Assembly (NCBI GenBank): GCA_963547335.1
Contig: CAUUQR010000002.1
Coordinates: 1,182 to 65,181 of the forward strand
Origin: an uncultured Propionibacteriaceae bacterium
GTDB lineage: Bacteria; Actinomycetota; Actinomycetes; Propionibacteriales; Propionibacteriaceae
Direction of reading: 5' to 3'
Length of the DNA: 64,000 nt
Under the pieces are notes generated by a model. The model was not told the DNA's origin, did not search any database, and saw nothing but the letters and a program-made list of their open reading frames with translations. How positions within the stretch are numbered: position 1 is the stretch's first letter; each line of letters begins with the position of its first letter. Positions 1 through 11,541 of the stretch are shown one piece after another. The position numbers and the translations under genes were made by a program.

Positions 1-1
1 C

Positions 2-349
2 GCCGGCTTGCAGTCCGTCCCGAAGGATGTGCTGGAGGCCGCCCATATGGATGGGGCGAACTGGTGGAGACGGTATTGGCATATGGTCCTGCCGATGCTG
101 AGGCCTGCCATCGCGATTGCCGTCCTGATCAACATCATCAACGTTTTCAACTCGCTGCCGATCCTGCGGATCCTGCAGGAGTCCCCCGGATATCACACGG
201 GGCATATCACCACCACATTGATGTTCGAGTACCAACGGAACCTAGGCCCAGGGGTCTCGTCGGCGCTGTCAGTGGTGAATTTTCTGTTCTGCCTGGCCAT
301 CATCGGCGTCTATCTGGCAGTCATCAAGCCAACGAGGGAGGTGGGCTGA
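2..349 (+). CDS. ABC carbohydrate-transporter permease, C-terminal part (5' end outside window)
   Basis: The frame is open from the window edge to TGA 347-349. It has the EAA-loop motif EAAHMDGANWWRRYWHMVLPMLRP typical of MalF/UgpA-type permeases. A second permease gene follows 2 nt later. Confidence 0.8.
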   Translation, partial: AGLQSVPKDVLEAAHMDGANWWRRYWHMVLPMLRPAIAIAVLINIINVFNSLPILRILQESPGYHTGHITTTLMFEYQRNLGPGVSSALSVVNFLFCLAIIGVYLAVIKPTREVG

Positions 350-351
350 CC

Positions 352-1209
352 GTGGCCCGTAAAGGTGCGTACCGCGGCGGTCTCGAGCGCCGGCCGAGTA
401 CCTGGATCGTGGTGCTCGGAGCTCTGGGAATCGTGGTGTTCTTCGGCTTCCCCTATGCGCTGATGGCCGTGACCTCCCTGAAGACCAGGCTTGAGGTCAC
501 AGACATTCCCCCCGCTTATCTCCCGGCGACACCCCGCATCGACAACTACCTGACGGTGTGGTCGACTGAGGTCAACCCCGCAGCATCGCTGCTGTCAACG
601 TCGGTGATCTCACTGGGAGCGACGCTCCTGGTGCTGATCGTCGCCACCCCGGCGGCCTACTACGTGGCCCGGTTCCGGTTCCCCGGCAAGCGTGTCTTCC
701 TGCTCCTGGTTCTGTGCACGCAGATGCTGCAACCCACCGTGCTGGCCGTCGGCCTGTTCCAGGAGTTCGCAGGCTGGAAGGGGCACGCAGCCTGGGGAGC
801 CCTGATCCTCATCAATGCGGCCTTCAACCTGTCCTTCGCCATCTGGATCATGCAGGCCTTCTTCGCCTCCGTGCCTCGGGAGATCGATGAGGCAGCGCTG
901 ATCGACGGCCTCGGCAGGCTGCAGACCATGCTCAGGATCTCCCTGCCCCTGGTATGGCCGGGCATCGTGACGGCAATCATCTTCGTCTTCGTGAATTCCT
1001 GGAACGAGTTCGCGGCCGCGCTGGTGTTGGTTCAGGACAACACCCTGCAGCCGCTCACCGTCTCCATGCCTCGCTTCCTGGGCCTCTACATCCAGGACTG
1101 GCAGCACCTGTTCGCCGTCGCCCTCATCGCGGTGGTGCCTGTCATCGTCCTGTTCGGCATCATCGAGAAACGACTGATCGGCGGATTGACCGCAGGGGCC
1201 GGCAGATAG
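352..1209 (+). CDS. ABC carbohydrate-transporter permease (MalG/UgpE type)
   Basis: GTG 352 lies 2 nt after the upstream stop and is preceded by GAGGGAGG. The profile is multi-TM and the EAA loop reads EIDEAALIDGLGRLQTMLRISLPLVWPG. The 64-351 part of the tracked ORF overlaps the upstream permease in another frame and is discounted. Confidence 0.85.
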   Translation: MARKGAYRGGLERRPSTWIVVLGALGIVVFFGFPYALMAVTSLKTRLEVTDIPPAYLPATPRIDNYLTVWSTEVNPAASLLSTSVISLGATLLVLIVATPAAYYVARFRFPGKRVFLLLVLCTQMLQPTVLAVGLFQEFAGWKGHAAWGALILINAAFNLSFAIWIMQAFFASVPREIDEAALIDGLGRLQTMLRISLPLVWPGIVTAIIFVFVNSWNEFAAALVLVQDNTLQPLTVSMPRFLGLYIQDWQHLFAVALIAVVPVIVLFGIIEKRLIGGLTAGAGR

Positions 1210-1271
1210 GCGACGGGAGGATGCCCCCGCCTGTTTTGCCCGTGGCCCACGGTGGCACTAGGCTTCCGAGC

Positions 1272-3942
<2,671 letters not shown>

Positions 3943-3995
3943 GCCTCCACACATCGCCGCCTGCAAGGGACGGCAAAAGGACCCCTGGGCTCATG

Positions 3996-4646
3996 TCACG
4001 ATCGCGACTTGCCCGGCCGGTACGCGGAGACGCTCGGCTCACCGGGCAGCCAGAACCGCCACGGAAACCGCTCCCCGTCGCCGCCGGGGCCGGAGACCCC
4101 GACACGTGGCCCGGTGATGGGATCGGGAGGATCGGGTAGGGGCTGATGCCAGGACCACTCACCACCGTTGCAGAGGTCGACACCATCTGTGCTGAGGGTC
4201 GCCCCGAGCGCCTGGGCCAGGTTCCCCGGGCCACGGGCCAGGTGCGTCTCCGGCAGGGGAGTGCGGCGCGGGCGGGTGCTGCGTCGCGAGCGGGCCAGGT
4301 CCGAGCCCATGACCACCTCCCCGGCCCGCAGCAGGCAACCCGTCGGAACCCCAGGCTGATCGCACACCACATTCAGAGCATGATGCATGCCATAGGTGAA
4401 ATAGCAGTAGAGATGCCCGGCCTCACCAAACATCGTGGCGTTGCGTTCGGTCTTGCCCCGGTAGGCGTGGGAACCAGGGTCGATGGGGCCGGCATAGGCC
4501 TCAACCTCTGTGATCCGGATCGCGACGATGCCTTCGAGAGATTCCCGCACCAGCAGGCCCCCCAGCAGCCGGGGCGCCATCTCCAGCACCCCCGAATCGA
4601 AGAAGTCGCGTCCCACACGCCGGTACCCAATCATGCGACCCGTCAT
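3996..4646 (-). CDS. mpg: DNA-3-methyladenine glycosylase (Mpg/AAG family)
   Basis: The run EVEAYAGPIDPGSHAYRGKTERNATMFGEAGHLYCYFTYGMHHALNVV matches the characteristic AAG-family core. Confidence 0.85.
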   Translation of the reverse strand: MTGRMIGYRRVGRDFFDSGVLEMAPRLLGGLLVRESLEGIVAIRITEVEAYAGPIDPGSHAYRGKTERNATMFGEAGHLYCYFTYGMHHALNVVCDQPGVPTGCLLRAGEVVMGSDLARSRRSTRPRRTPLPETHLARGPGNLAQALGATLSTDGVDLCNGGEWSWHQPLPDPPDPITGPRVGVSGPGGDGERFPWRFWLPGEPSVSAYRPGKSRS

Positions 4647-4667
4647 ACCATGAATCCGCCAGACCGC

Positions 4668-5420
4668 TCAGAAGTAAACTGCGACAGGTCCTCGGGGGCC
4701 GTCGAGAATGCTGATGGGGGTTTCGAAGATCTCGGTCAGCACCTGCTCGGTGATGATCTCCTCGGGTGTTCCGTGGGCTGCCAGCCTGCCATTCTTCATG
4801 GCAATGATGGTGTCGGCATAGGTGGCTGCGAAATTGATGTCGTGCAGCACGATGACGATCGTGCAGCCGAGCTCCTTCGCCGCCCTCCGCAGATGCTGCA
4901 TCATCTGGACGGAATGCGCCATGTCAAGATTGTTCAGAGGCTCATCCAGCAGTACATACTCCGTGTCCTGGGCCAGCACCATGGCCACGTAGGCGCGTTG
5001 CCGCTGACCTCCTGAGAGTTCGTCGATGAAGCGGTCCGCTATCTCATCAAGATGAAGGAAGGAGATCGACCGCTCGACGATCTCCACATCAGTGTCGGTG
5101 AGGCGCCCACCCGAATGCGGGAAGCGCCCAAAGCCGACCAGCTGCCGGACGGTGAGCCGCGTGACGAAGTGATTCTCCTGCCGCAACACCGAAAGCACCT
5201 TTGCGAGATCTCTCGACTTGGTTGTGGACACGTTGAATCCACCCACCTCAATGCTGCCCGCATCCATGCCCAGCAATCGCCCGATCATGGTCAGGAGCGT
5301 TGACTTTCCAGCCCCATTCGGACCGACCAGGGCGGTGATGCCACCACCCGGGATGCGCAGGTCGATCGGCCCGATCGTTATGGAGCCGTACTCCTTCGTG
5401 GCGGCATCGATGCTGATCAC
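4668..5420 (-). CDS. Iron-siderophore ABC transporter ATP-binding protein (FepC/FecE-like)
   Basis: It has Walker A GPNGAGKST, signature LSGGQRQR and Walker B VLLDEP. The GTG start at 5420 overlaps the permease stop (GTGA). Confidence 0.9.
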   Translation of the reverse strand: MISIDAATKEYGSITIGPIDLRIPGGGITALVGPNGAGKSTLLTMIGRLLGMDAGSIEVGGFNVSTTKSRDLAKVLSVLRQENHFVTRLTVRQLVGFGRFPHSGGRLTDTDVEIVERSISFLHLDEIADRFIDELSGGQRQRAYVAMVLAQDTEYVLLDEPLNNLDMAHSVQMMQHLRRAAKELGCTIVIVLHDINFAATYADTIIAMKNGRLAAHGTPEEIITEQVLTEIFETPISILDGPRGPVAVYF

Positions 5421-6478
5421 AGACGTCCCTTTCGTAGCAGGTGGAAGAGAAAGAAGCCGCCTCCGACAGCCTCAATGATGATGCCTACAGAACCCTGCGC
5501 ATACATCACATGGCGGAGGACAAAGTAGGCGCCGCCGAGAAGAACAACTCCGATGAGCCATGCCATGGGGAACACAAATCGGTGTTCGTGGGTGTCTGCG
5601 AGCTGATAGGCAGTCATCGCTATGAGGAAACCCAGGAAGGACATCGGGCCGATCAGCGAGGTGGTGACCGCCATCAGCACGGCGACCAGCAGCAGCACCG
5701 TGATCGACAGCCGCCGATGCTCAATGCCAAGTCCAATGGCGGCGTCCCGTCCCAAGGCGGCGACGTCAAGACGTCTCGACAGGAGAAGAAGAGTGATGCC
5801 CGCCGCCAGGGCCAGGGGGATGGCGATGTTCAGGTGGCTGGCGTCGGCGTTCGACAGATTCCCGATCAGACGTGCCGTGAGCACATCGAACTCGGAGGGG
5901 GTGAGCAGACGCTGCATGTAGGTGGACAGTGCTCCCAGCCCAGTGCCGATCACGATCCCGATCAGAAGGGTCTGGTGAAGGTTGCGGTGTTCATCACGCA
6001 GCAGCCACCCATACAGCAGCGCAGCGAAGCCGACCATGAGCGCAACCTGCACCAGATACTGCCCAACGCCTTCCAAAGCATTCAGGCCAGTCACCCCGAA
6101 GAAGAACACCACGCTGGTCTGCACCAGCCGATACAACGACTCGAACCCCATGATTGCTGGTGTGATGATGCGGTTGTTGGTCACTGTGTGGAAGGCTACT
6201 GTGGCCAGTCCCTGACACCAGGCCACCACGAGAATCACCGCCACGGAGGTGAATCGTCTCTGCGCAATCCTCCAGAAGCCTGCGGTCCCGATGGGCAGGG
6301 GATTGGCCCAGGCGAGAAGACCAAAGCAGATCAAAGGCGCGAGCACAATCAGCGCTGTGAGGATCAGCCAATATCTTCTGGCGGCTCCAGGGCTGGCAAA
6401 GGGGCCGTGACCAGAATTCCTGGAGGCTCTGGGCATGTGGGGCCCCACCCCAGCCACATCCGCGATGCTCTCAGCCAT
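5417..6478 (-). CDS. FecCD-family iron-chelate ABC permease
   Basis: It is polytopic with a FecCD-like C-terminus, GIIIEAVGGGFFLFHLLRKG. The start is uncertain, with candidates at 6511, 6478 and 6436. Confidence 0.8.
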   Translation of the reverse strand: MAESIADVAGVGPHMPRASRNSGHGPFASPGAARRYWLILTALIVLAPLICFGLLAWANPLPIGTAGFWRIAQRRFTSVAVILVVAWCQGLATVAFHTVTNNRIITPAIMGFESLYRLVQTSVVFFFGVTGLNALEGVGQYLVQVALMVGFAALLYGWLLRDEHRNLHQTLLIGIVIGTGLGALSTYMQRLLTPSEFDVLTARLIGNLSNADASHLNIAIPLALAAGITLLLLSRRLDVAALGRDAAIGLGIEHRRLSITVLLLVAVLMAVTTSLIGPMSFLGFLIAMTAYQLADTHEHRFVFPMAWLIGVVLLGGAYFVLRHVMYAQGSVGIIIEAVGGGFFLFHLLRKGRL

Positions 6479-7490
6479 GACGCCGCCGCAAAAGGAAGTA
6501 GACGAAGACACAGGACCCCAGAACTGCCAGGATGGTTCCGACAGGCACCTCGAATGGCATGATCACCACCCGGCCGATGATGTCGCAGACAGTGATGGTG
6601 GCGGCTCCGAGAAGACACACCCAGGGGAGATTCGAGCGCAGATTGTCACCACGCCACATGGAGACCAGGTTCGGGACGATCAGGCCGAGGAAGGGAAGAT
6701 TCCCAATGACAACGGTGATGATTCCCGTTGCCGCGGCAATCATCCCGGTGCCGAGCAGCACCACTTTTCGGTAGTCGAGCCCGACATTGGTGGCCACATC
6801 CTCGCCAAGACCCGCGATGGTGAATTGATCCGCCACCACGAAGACGCCTACGACGACGAGCAGAACAGCCCAGACGGGTTCGTACTGTCCCTGGATTGCG
6901 GCGGAGAAAGACCCCTGGAACCAGACCCCCAGAGTCTGGAGCCTGTTGGTGGCCAAAGCCAGATAGGAGGAGACTGCCCCCACCACGGCTCCAAGCATGA
7001 TGCCGATGATGGGAACGATCACTGCGGAGCGCAGCCTGATACGCCGCAGGATCAGAAAGAACACCATGGTTCCGATGAACGCGGTCACGATGGCAACCAC
7101 CATCTTCACCAGCAGCGGCGCCTCGGGCATGACGATGAGCACCACCAGAAGGCCAAGCCCAGCCCACTCCGTCGTCCCGGTCGTGGTGGGCTCGACGAAT
7201 CGGTTCTGGGTGAGCTGCTGCATCACCAGGCCACACATCGCCATGGCAGCCCCTGCCAGGAGCAGCGACACTGTGCGGGGAATCCGGGTGATGACGAAAA
7301 TCTGATCGCCATCGGCAGAGCCGAAGATGTCGTAGGCCCCCACCAGCAGCGAAATAACCGCGAGCACCGCCACACCCGATAACCCCAACAGCAGCGAAAA
7401 CCTCAACAGAGGGTTGCGGTTGCGTGACATGGCTCCGTCGGGAGCAGGCTGACTGGCAGTCCTGCCCCCGGCGGAGGTGGCATCGATCAC
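6471..7490 (-). CDS. FecCD-family iron-chelate ABC permease
   Basis: It is polytopic with C-terminus GTILAVLGSCVFVYFLLRRR. The GTG start at 7490 overlaps the binding-protein stop (GTGA). An alternative ATG lies at 7430. Confidence 0.85.
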   Translation of the reverse strand: MIDATSAGGRTASQPAPDGAMSRNRNPLLRFSLLLGLSGVAVLAVISLLVGAYDIFGSADGDQIFVITRIPRTVSLLLAGAAMAMCGLVMQQLTQNRFVEPTTTGTTEWAGLGLLVVLIVMPEAPLLVKMVVAIVTAFIGTMVFFLILRRIRLRSAVIVPIIGIMLGAVVGAVSSYLALATNRLQTLGVWFQGSFSAAIQGQYEPVWAVLLVVVGVFVVADQFTIAGLGEDVATNVGLDYRKVVLLGTGMIAAATGIITVVIGNLPFLGLIVPNLVSMWRGDNLRSNLPWVCLLGAATITVCDIIGRVVIMPFEVPVGTILAVLGSCVFVYFLLRRRHG

Positions 7491-8488
7491 GCGCTGGCTT
7501 CCATCGCGTCAGCCATGGCGTTGAAGAACTCGGTGTAGGTCACGATGCTCTCATTGAGGTAGGTGTCGGGAGGCATAATGAGGACCTGCTTCTTCTGGAT
7601 GGCCGTGACATTCTGCAGGGCTGCTGAGTCATTCAGCATCTGCTGTGCCGGCACCACGGTTCCGCTTTCGGAGCCGATGGCCGCATCCCGGTCCATCACC
7701 AGAATCCAGTCAGGGTTGGCCTCAGCTATGGCCTCAACCGAGATCTCCTCGCCTTGATGATCGTCGCTGCCCGCTGCCGCGAGCGCGGGGGTGAGGCCCA
7801 GGATGTCGTAGACAGGACCCAGGGTGCGGCCAGTGGTCGGCGCAGCGTAATTGATCTTCCCCCCGGATGTGATGATGCCGATGACTTTGGCATCGGGTTT
7901 GTAAACGGCCTTGGCTCTGGCTATCGAGGCCTCGAATTCGGAGACGAGCTTGGCGGCCTCCTCCTGCTTTCCGAAGATCTCACCGGAAACAGTCACCTGC
8001 CGTATCAGCTCCTTGTCGAAGGGCTGCCCGTCGCGGACATCCAGATCCACCACAGCCGCTTCCGGCACCAACTTCTTGAATTCTTCATAATACTTGGCGA
8101 AACGCTGTCCGTTGATCACCAGATCGGGGGACACCCCAACCGCGGCCTCCAGATTCGGCTCGCGATGGTTGCCCAGATCCACGATGGACGTGTCCTTCTT
8201 GTACCCGGCATCATCAGCCATCAGATCGACTGGGGCGGCAGCCAGCTTGACTCCCCAGTCATGCAAGGGCTCGAACAGCCGGTTGTCAGTCACGATCACG
8301 CTCTTCGGCGGGTTGGGGACCGTCACGCTTCCGTGATTGTCCTCAATCGTGGTGGTGGCTGCCGTGCTGGAGGCGGTCGTCTGGCTGGCATCGCCGCCTT
8401 GCGGATTGCCTCCGCAGCCAGCCAGGGAGAGGCTGATGGCGGTCATCGCTGCGAGTGTCGGCAGCAGACGGGTCTTGAACGGGATCAT
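7487..8488 (-). CDS. Siderophore/iron-chelate substrate-binding lipoprotein
   Basis: ATG 8488 is preceded by AAGGAG. The signal peptide carries the lipobox LSLAGC. The body resembles a periplasmic binding protein of the FhuD/FepB class, and the gene heads the permease-ATPase operon. The 8489-8650 part of the tracked ORF is discounted. Confidence 0.8.
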   Translation of the reverse strand: MIPFKTRLLPTLAAMTAISLSLAGCGGNPQGGDASQTTASSTAATTTIEDNHGSVTVPNPPKSVIVTDNRLFEPLHDWGVKLAAAPVDLMADDAGYKKDTSIVDLGNHREPNLEAAVGVSPDLVINGQRFAKYYEEFKKLVPEAAVVDLDVRDGQPFDKELIRQVTVSGEIFGKQEEAAKLVSEFEASIARAKAVYKPDAKVIGIITSGGKINYAAPTTGRTLGPVYDILGLTPALAAAGSDDHQGEEISVEAIAEANPDWILVMDRDAAIGSESGTVVPAQQMLNDSAALQNVTAIQKKQVLIMPPDTYLNESIVTYTEFFNAMADAMEASA

Positions 8489-8510
8489 TGTGCTCCTTGG
8501 CTCAGCAAGA

Positions 8511-8534
8511 TCAGGTAAGGCTTGACTCGCCTTA
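8511..8534 (-). promoter_or_regulatory. Candidate iron box (IdeR/DtxR-like operator) upstream of the siderophore-uptake operon
   Basis: TCAGGTAAGGCT (8511-8522) matches 10/12 of the IdeR/DtxR left half TTAGGTTAGGCT. An overlapping dyad TAAGGC-N7-GCCTTA spans 8516-8534. The site lies 23-46 nt upstream of the start codon. The right half matches the consensus poorly. Confidence 0.35.
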
Positions 8535-8646
8535 TTTCGAGCCACGAAGTTATCATGAGTGAACTTGTCTGTGGAAGAGGCAGAGCCGACTGTCCTGCCA
8601 TGGAAGTGTGAATCCCCCAGGGTCGCTGGTGAAACCGCCAGGGGAA

Positions 8647-9435
8647 TCAACGCTCGCTGTCATGGATGGGCAGACCATTCTCGCTGAAGCCGCGGAAACC
8701 ATCCAGGATGAGCTGGAGCCTTCTCGCAGACACATCGCTCACTCGTTGGGGTACCTCCTTCTCAGGAACCCAATGAACAGCACGCAGCTCGGCATCATGC
8801 GGAACCAGAGCCCGGGCTACCTGGTCGGGCATGATCCCACCGTCGTAGATGAACTCGATGGCATCACCCCAGCCCAGCGTCGGGGGCATCCAGTCAACCA
8901 GTGCCGGTTGACCAAAGGTGCACTCAAGCCCAAGCTCCTCCACGACCTCGCGTCTGGCCCCAGCTCTGGGCGTTTCGCCTGGGTCAACCACCCCGCCGGG
9001 GAGCTCCCAATCTTCCTTGTAGGCAGTCTCAGCCAGCAGGATGCGCCCCAGGCTGTCACGGAATACGACATGCGCGATGACTCGCTTCGTCGGCAGAACC
9101 GAGTTCATGACCCCTGAGAAACCCTGCGGTCCGTATACCGGATCCACTGCCAGGCGGGCATAGACGAGAACATCGGCCAGCTGCCCCGATGCGGTGAGCA
9201 TGGCGGAACGAAGACGTCCCTCGCGACGGAACCCGCAACGATGCAGAACAGTCATCGCAATGCGATCCGTTGCAGGGATCTCGCACTGCAACCTCCGCAG
9301 GTTGTGAGCGAGGATCGCGTCATCGGCGGCCAGGGACACCGCACGCTCCAGAGCCTCGGCATCCGCCAACTGCCCTTCCCAGCGGAGCCTCCCGACCCCA
9401 CTGGAGATGTCCACCTTGACCTGAAACTCGCTCAC
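8647..9435 (-). CDS. Truncated GNAT-like N-terminal segment fused to a NUDIX hydrolase
   Basis: The GTG start at 9435 overlaps the glgB stop (GTGA). The Nudix box is GGVVDPGETPRAGARREVVEELGLE. The N-terminal ~95 aa resemble only the C-terminal half of RimJ/RimL-type acetyltransferases (LRRLQCEIPATDRIAMTVLHRCGFRREGRLRS). Confidence 0.7.
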   Translation of the reverse strand: MSEFQVKVDISSGVGRLRWEGQLADAEALERAVSLAADDAILAHNLRRLQCEIPATDRIAMTVLHRCGFRREGRLRSAMLTASGQLADVLVYARLAVDPVYGPQGFSGVMNSVLPTKRVIAHVVFRDSLGRILLAETAYKEDWELPGGVVDPGETPRAGARREVVEELGLECTFGQPALVDWMPPTLGWGDAIEFIYDGGIMPDQVARALVPHDAELRAVHWVPEKEVPQRVSDVSARRLQLILDGFRGFSENGLPIHDSER

Positions 9436-11327
9436 CTGATGCTGGGCCGTAACCAGACCGATCCCAGGGGAGGGACTGTGACGTTCGCGCTGGCGGTGAA
9501 GTGGCCCCAGGGCTCCTCTCGTGCGGTGACGACGCCAAGGTTCCCGAAGTCCCCCGAGCCGTCGTAGACCTCGGCGTCGGTGTTCAGGATCTCCTCCCAC
9601 TCCCCGGGCAGGGGCAGGCCAACGTTGTAGTCGTGGATCGGCTCAGGGGAGAAGTTCGTGAAGCAGGCGATGTGGTTGCCTGAGGAATCACTGCGAACCC
9701 AGCTGAGTGTGTTGTGCCCGGCATCGTCGGCATTGATCCAGGAGAAACCCTCAGGGGAGTTGTCCAACTCGTATAGCGCCGGATTGTCGCGGTAGATGGT
9801 GTTCAAGTCCCGGAGCAGTCGCTGCAATCCGCCATGTCCCCAGAGTTCCGACACCCACCATTCCAGGCTGGTGGACTCATTGAACTCGGGACGCTGCCCG
9901 AACTCAGACCCCATGAACAGCAGCTGTTTGCCGGGAAAACTCCACATATACGAATAGAAAGCTCTCAAAGTTGCGAATTTGCGCCAATCATCCTGTGGCA
10001 CCTTGTTGATCATCGATCCCTTGCCATGCACCACCTCGTCATGGCTGATGGGCAGGATGAAGTTCTCCGAGTACTGGTAGACCATCGCGAACGTGAGCAG
10101 ATTGTGCTCATACTGCCGATAGACCGGGTCGAGGGCCATGTAACGCAGGGAGTCGTTCATCCAGCCCATGTTCCACTTGAAGCCGAAGCCGAGGCCGCCC
10201 TCATCAATGGGTTTGGTGACTCCCGCGAAGCTGGTGGACTCCTCTGCGATCATCATCACGCCCGGATGGCGCTCGTACAGGTGCCGGTTCACGTAGCGCA
10301 GGAAGTCAATGGCCTCCAGATTCTCGCGGCCCCCGTACTGATTGGGCACCCACTGGCCCTCCTCGCGGGAATAGTCCAGGTACAGCATGGAGGCGACGGC
10401 ATCGACCCTCAGCCCGTCGATGTGGAACTCGGTGAGCCAGTAGAGCGCATTGGAGACGAGGAAGCTCTTCACCTCGTTCCGCCCATAGTTGAAGATGTAG
10501 GTGCCCCAGTCCTTGTGCTCGCCCTGCCTGGGATCGGCATGCTCATAGAGCGCGGTTCCGTCGAAACGCCCCATGCCCCAGTCATCCTTCGGGAAATGCC
10601 CGGGAACCCAGTCGAGGATCACGCCGATGCCGGCTTGGTGAAGCTTGTCGATGAGATGCCTGAGGTCATCCGGCTTGCCGAAACGGCTGGTGGGGGAGAA
10701 GTATCCTGTGACCTGATATCCCCAGCTGGGCTCAAATGGATGCTCCGACACCGGCATGAACTCGACGTGCGTGTAGCCCTGCCACTTCACGTAGGAGACC
10801 AGCTCCTCCGCCAGATCCAGGTAACTCTTCCCGCGACGCCAGCCGCCGAGGTGCACCTCGTAAATGCTGATGGGCTCCCTGTGGGGGGCTGAGGAGGCGC
10901 GGCGCGTCATCCACTCCTCGTCAGACCAGATGTACTTGGACTCGTAGACGATGGAGGCGTTGGCGGGAGCCTGCTCGGAGAAGCGGGCCATCGGGTCAAC
11001 CTTCTCATGCCATACGCCGTCGGGCCCCTGTATCCGGTACTTATACAGGGTGCCCTCGTCGAGGCCCTCAATGAAGACGCCCCACACGCCGGTTCCCGGG
11101 ATCAGCTGCATCTGATCGCCGGTCCACCAGTTGAAGTCCCCGACCACCTGGACGGCCTGCGCGTTTGGCGCCCAGACTGCGAATCGCACTCCATGCACCG
11201 GGCCTCGCTCATCATCCTCCACGGTGCAGGTGAACGATCCCAGCCGCCTCCAGAGCTCTGTGTCGCCTCCTGTGTGGAACCCCTCCAAGTCCCAGCCGGT
11301 CAGTCCGCCGAAACGGTCGTGTGCCAT
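9432..11327 (-). CDS. glgB: 1,4-alpha-glucan branching enzyme (short form without the N1 domain)
   Basis: The CBM48 region reads VRFAVWAPNAQAVQVVGDFNWW. GH13 motifs are IDGLRVDAVASMLY, MIAEESTSF and ILPISHDEVVHGKGS. Confidence 0.95.
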   Translation of the reverse strand: MAHDRFGGLTGWDLEGFHTGGDTELWRRLGSFTCTVEDDERGPVHGVRFAVWAPNAQAVQVVGDFNWWTGDQMQLIPGTGVWGVFIEGLDEGTLYKYRIQGPDGVWHEKVDPMARFSEQAPANASIVYESKYIWSDEEWMTRRASSAPHREPISIYEVHLGGWRRGKSYLDLAEELVSYVKWQGYTHVEFMPVSEHPFEPSWGYQVTGYFSPTSRFGKPDDLRHLIDKLHQAGIGVILDWVPGHFPKDDWGMGRFDGTALYEHADPRQGEHKDWGTYIFNYGRNEVKSFLVSNALYWLTEFHIDGLRVDAVASMLYLDYSREEGQWVPNQYGGRENLEAIDFLRYVNRHLYERHPGVMMIAEESTSFAGVTKPIDEGGLGFGFKWNMGWMNDSLRYMALDPVYRQYEHNLLTFAMVYQYSENFILPISHDEVVHGKGSMINKVPQDDWRKFATLRAFYSYMWSFPGKQLLFMGSEFGQRPEFNESTSLEWWVSELWGHGGLQRLLRDLNTIYRDNPALYELDNSPEGFSWINADDAGHNTLSWVRSDSSGNHIACFTNFSPEPIHDYNVGLPLPGEWEEILNTDAEVYDGSGDFGNLGVVTAREEPWGHFTASANVTVPPLGSVWLRPSIR

Positions 11328-11428
11328 GTTCGCTCCTTCAGGTGAGTCCCTCAGTGAACTCTACTGGGCCAGCCTGCCATTGGGCAGGCCTCATCCGGGA
11401 AAACTGTGGTGACGCGCCAAAGGTCATG

Positions 11429-11466
11429 CAAAAGTGGGGGTCCTGTTCTGGTCGCAGAACCCCCAC
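11429..11466 (-). terminator. Rho-independent terminator downstream of the secreted six-hairpin-like gene
   Basis: The minus strand reads GTGGGGGTTCTG-CGAC-CAGAACAGGACCCCCAC followed by TTTTG. That gives 12 bp of stem with a 5-nt bulge, 76 nt after the stop at 11542. Confidence 0.5.
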
Positions 11467-11541
11467 CCGAGGTGCTGGGGGAGCCCACGCCATCGGTGAG
11501 ACCTCCCAGCGTCATCGACTCAATGAGTGTCTTGCCTCTGG

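Noticed and set aside
9436-9600. Upstream extension of the GNAT-NUDIX ORF overlapping the 3' end of glgB
   Set aside because: The translation is Arg/Gly-rich with no GNAT similarity. A GTG at 9435 forms a clean GTGA overlap with the glgB stop.
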